Positions 7,217 to 7,446 of a stretch of DNA of 7,446 nucleotides are shown piece by piece (the stretch's first letter is position 1; every line of letters begins with the position of its first letter). The position numbers were made by a program, and so were the translations under genes. Under the pieces are notes generated by a model, which worked only from the letters and a program-made list of their open reading frames with translations, searched no databases and had not been told where the DNA came from. This DNA is from Selaginella moellendorffii (lineage: Eukaryota > Plantae > Lycopodiophyta): NCBI RefSeq assembly GCF_000143415.4, contig NW_003314669.1:1-7446 (forward strand). The letters run 5' to 3'.

Positions 7217-7423
7217 ATGAAGTACCAAGGCTGTGATCTGAAGGCCTGTTCCAGTGTTTGGCGTGAAGAAGGCACAGAGAGCTTCGTCGATCTATTTCCA
7301 AGCTGCAAAGGCTATATTCGTCGCGACGATCTCTATGAGCCTCGTCAAGTTTTTGAACGAATACCCCAGAAGCAACATCGTGGACTACCTGAAGGTAATT
7401 CACTTGACTATCTCCAGATATAG
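7217..7423 (+). pseudogene. Possible pentatricopeptide-repeat (PLS-type) gene remnant
   Basis: LKACSS and KGYIRRDDLYEPRQVFERIPQK resemble PPR motif consensus segments (LKACS; Y...G.L.EAR.VF.R.P.K). Short and degenerate. Confidence 0.4.
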
Positions 7424-7446
7424 AGCCGAAGTCATTGTGTCCGTGG

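Overview
Eukaryotic, plant-type genomic DNA. The short 50-80 nt introns, plant NHL gene, PPR-like remnant and assembly gap resemble a lycophyte such as Selaginella, but that is inference. The left third is the 5' part of a degenerate minus-strand Ty3/Gypsy LTR retrotransposon: 388-bp LTR, gag, protease and the start of RT, cut off at 229/230 by what looks like a second, nested LTR. This element carries two clear RNA signals. One is a GGGAAAC -1 frameshift site followed by an H-type pseudoknot. The other is a non-tRNA primer-binding site complementary to the predicted 5' end of its own transcript (Tf1-type self-priming). Next come a ~470-bp spacerless palindrome, AT-rich intergenic DNA, a frameshifted multi-exon NHL-repeat membrane-protein gene, a deleted beta-tubulin 3' fragment, a 105-N gap, a His/Pro-rich single-pass membrane protein ORF and a possible PPR remnant. 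Both retrotransposon mechanisms are known from other elements. I see no evidence of a wholly new multi-gene system; the least explained items are the His-rich protein, the palindrome and the tubulin chimera.
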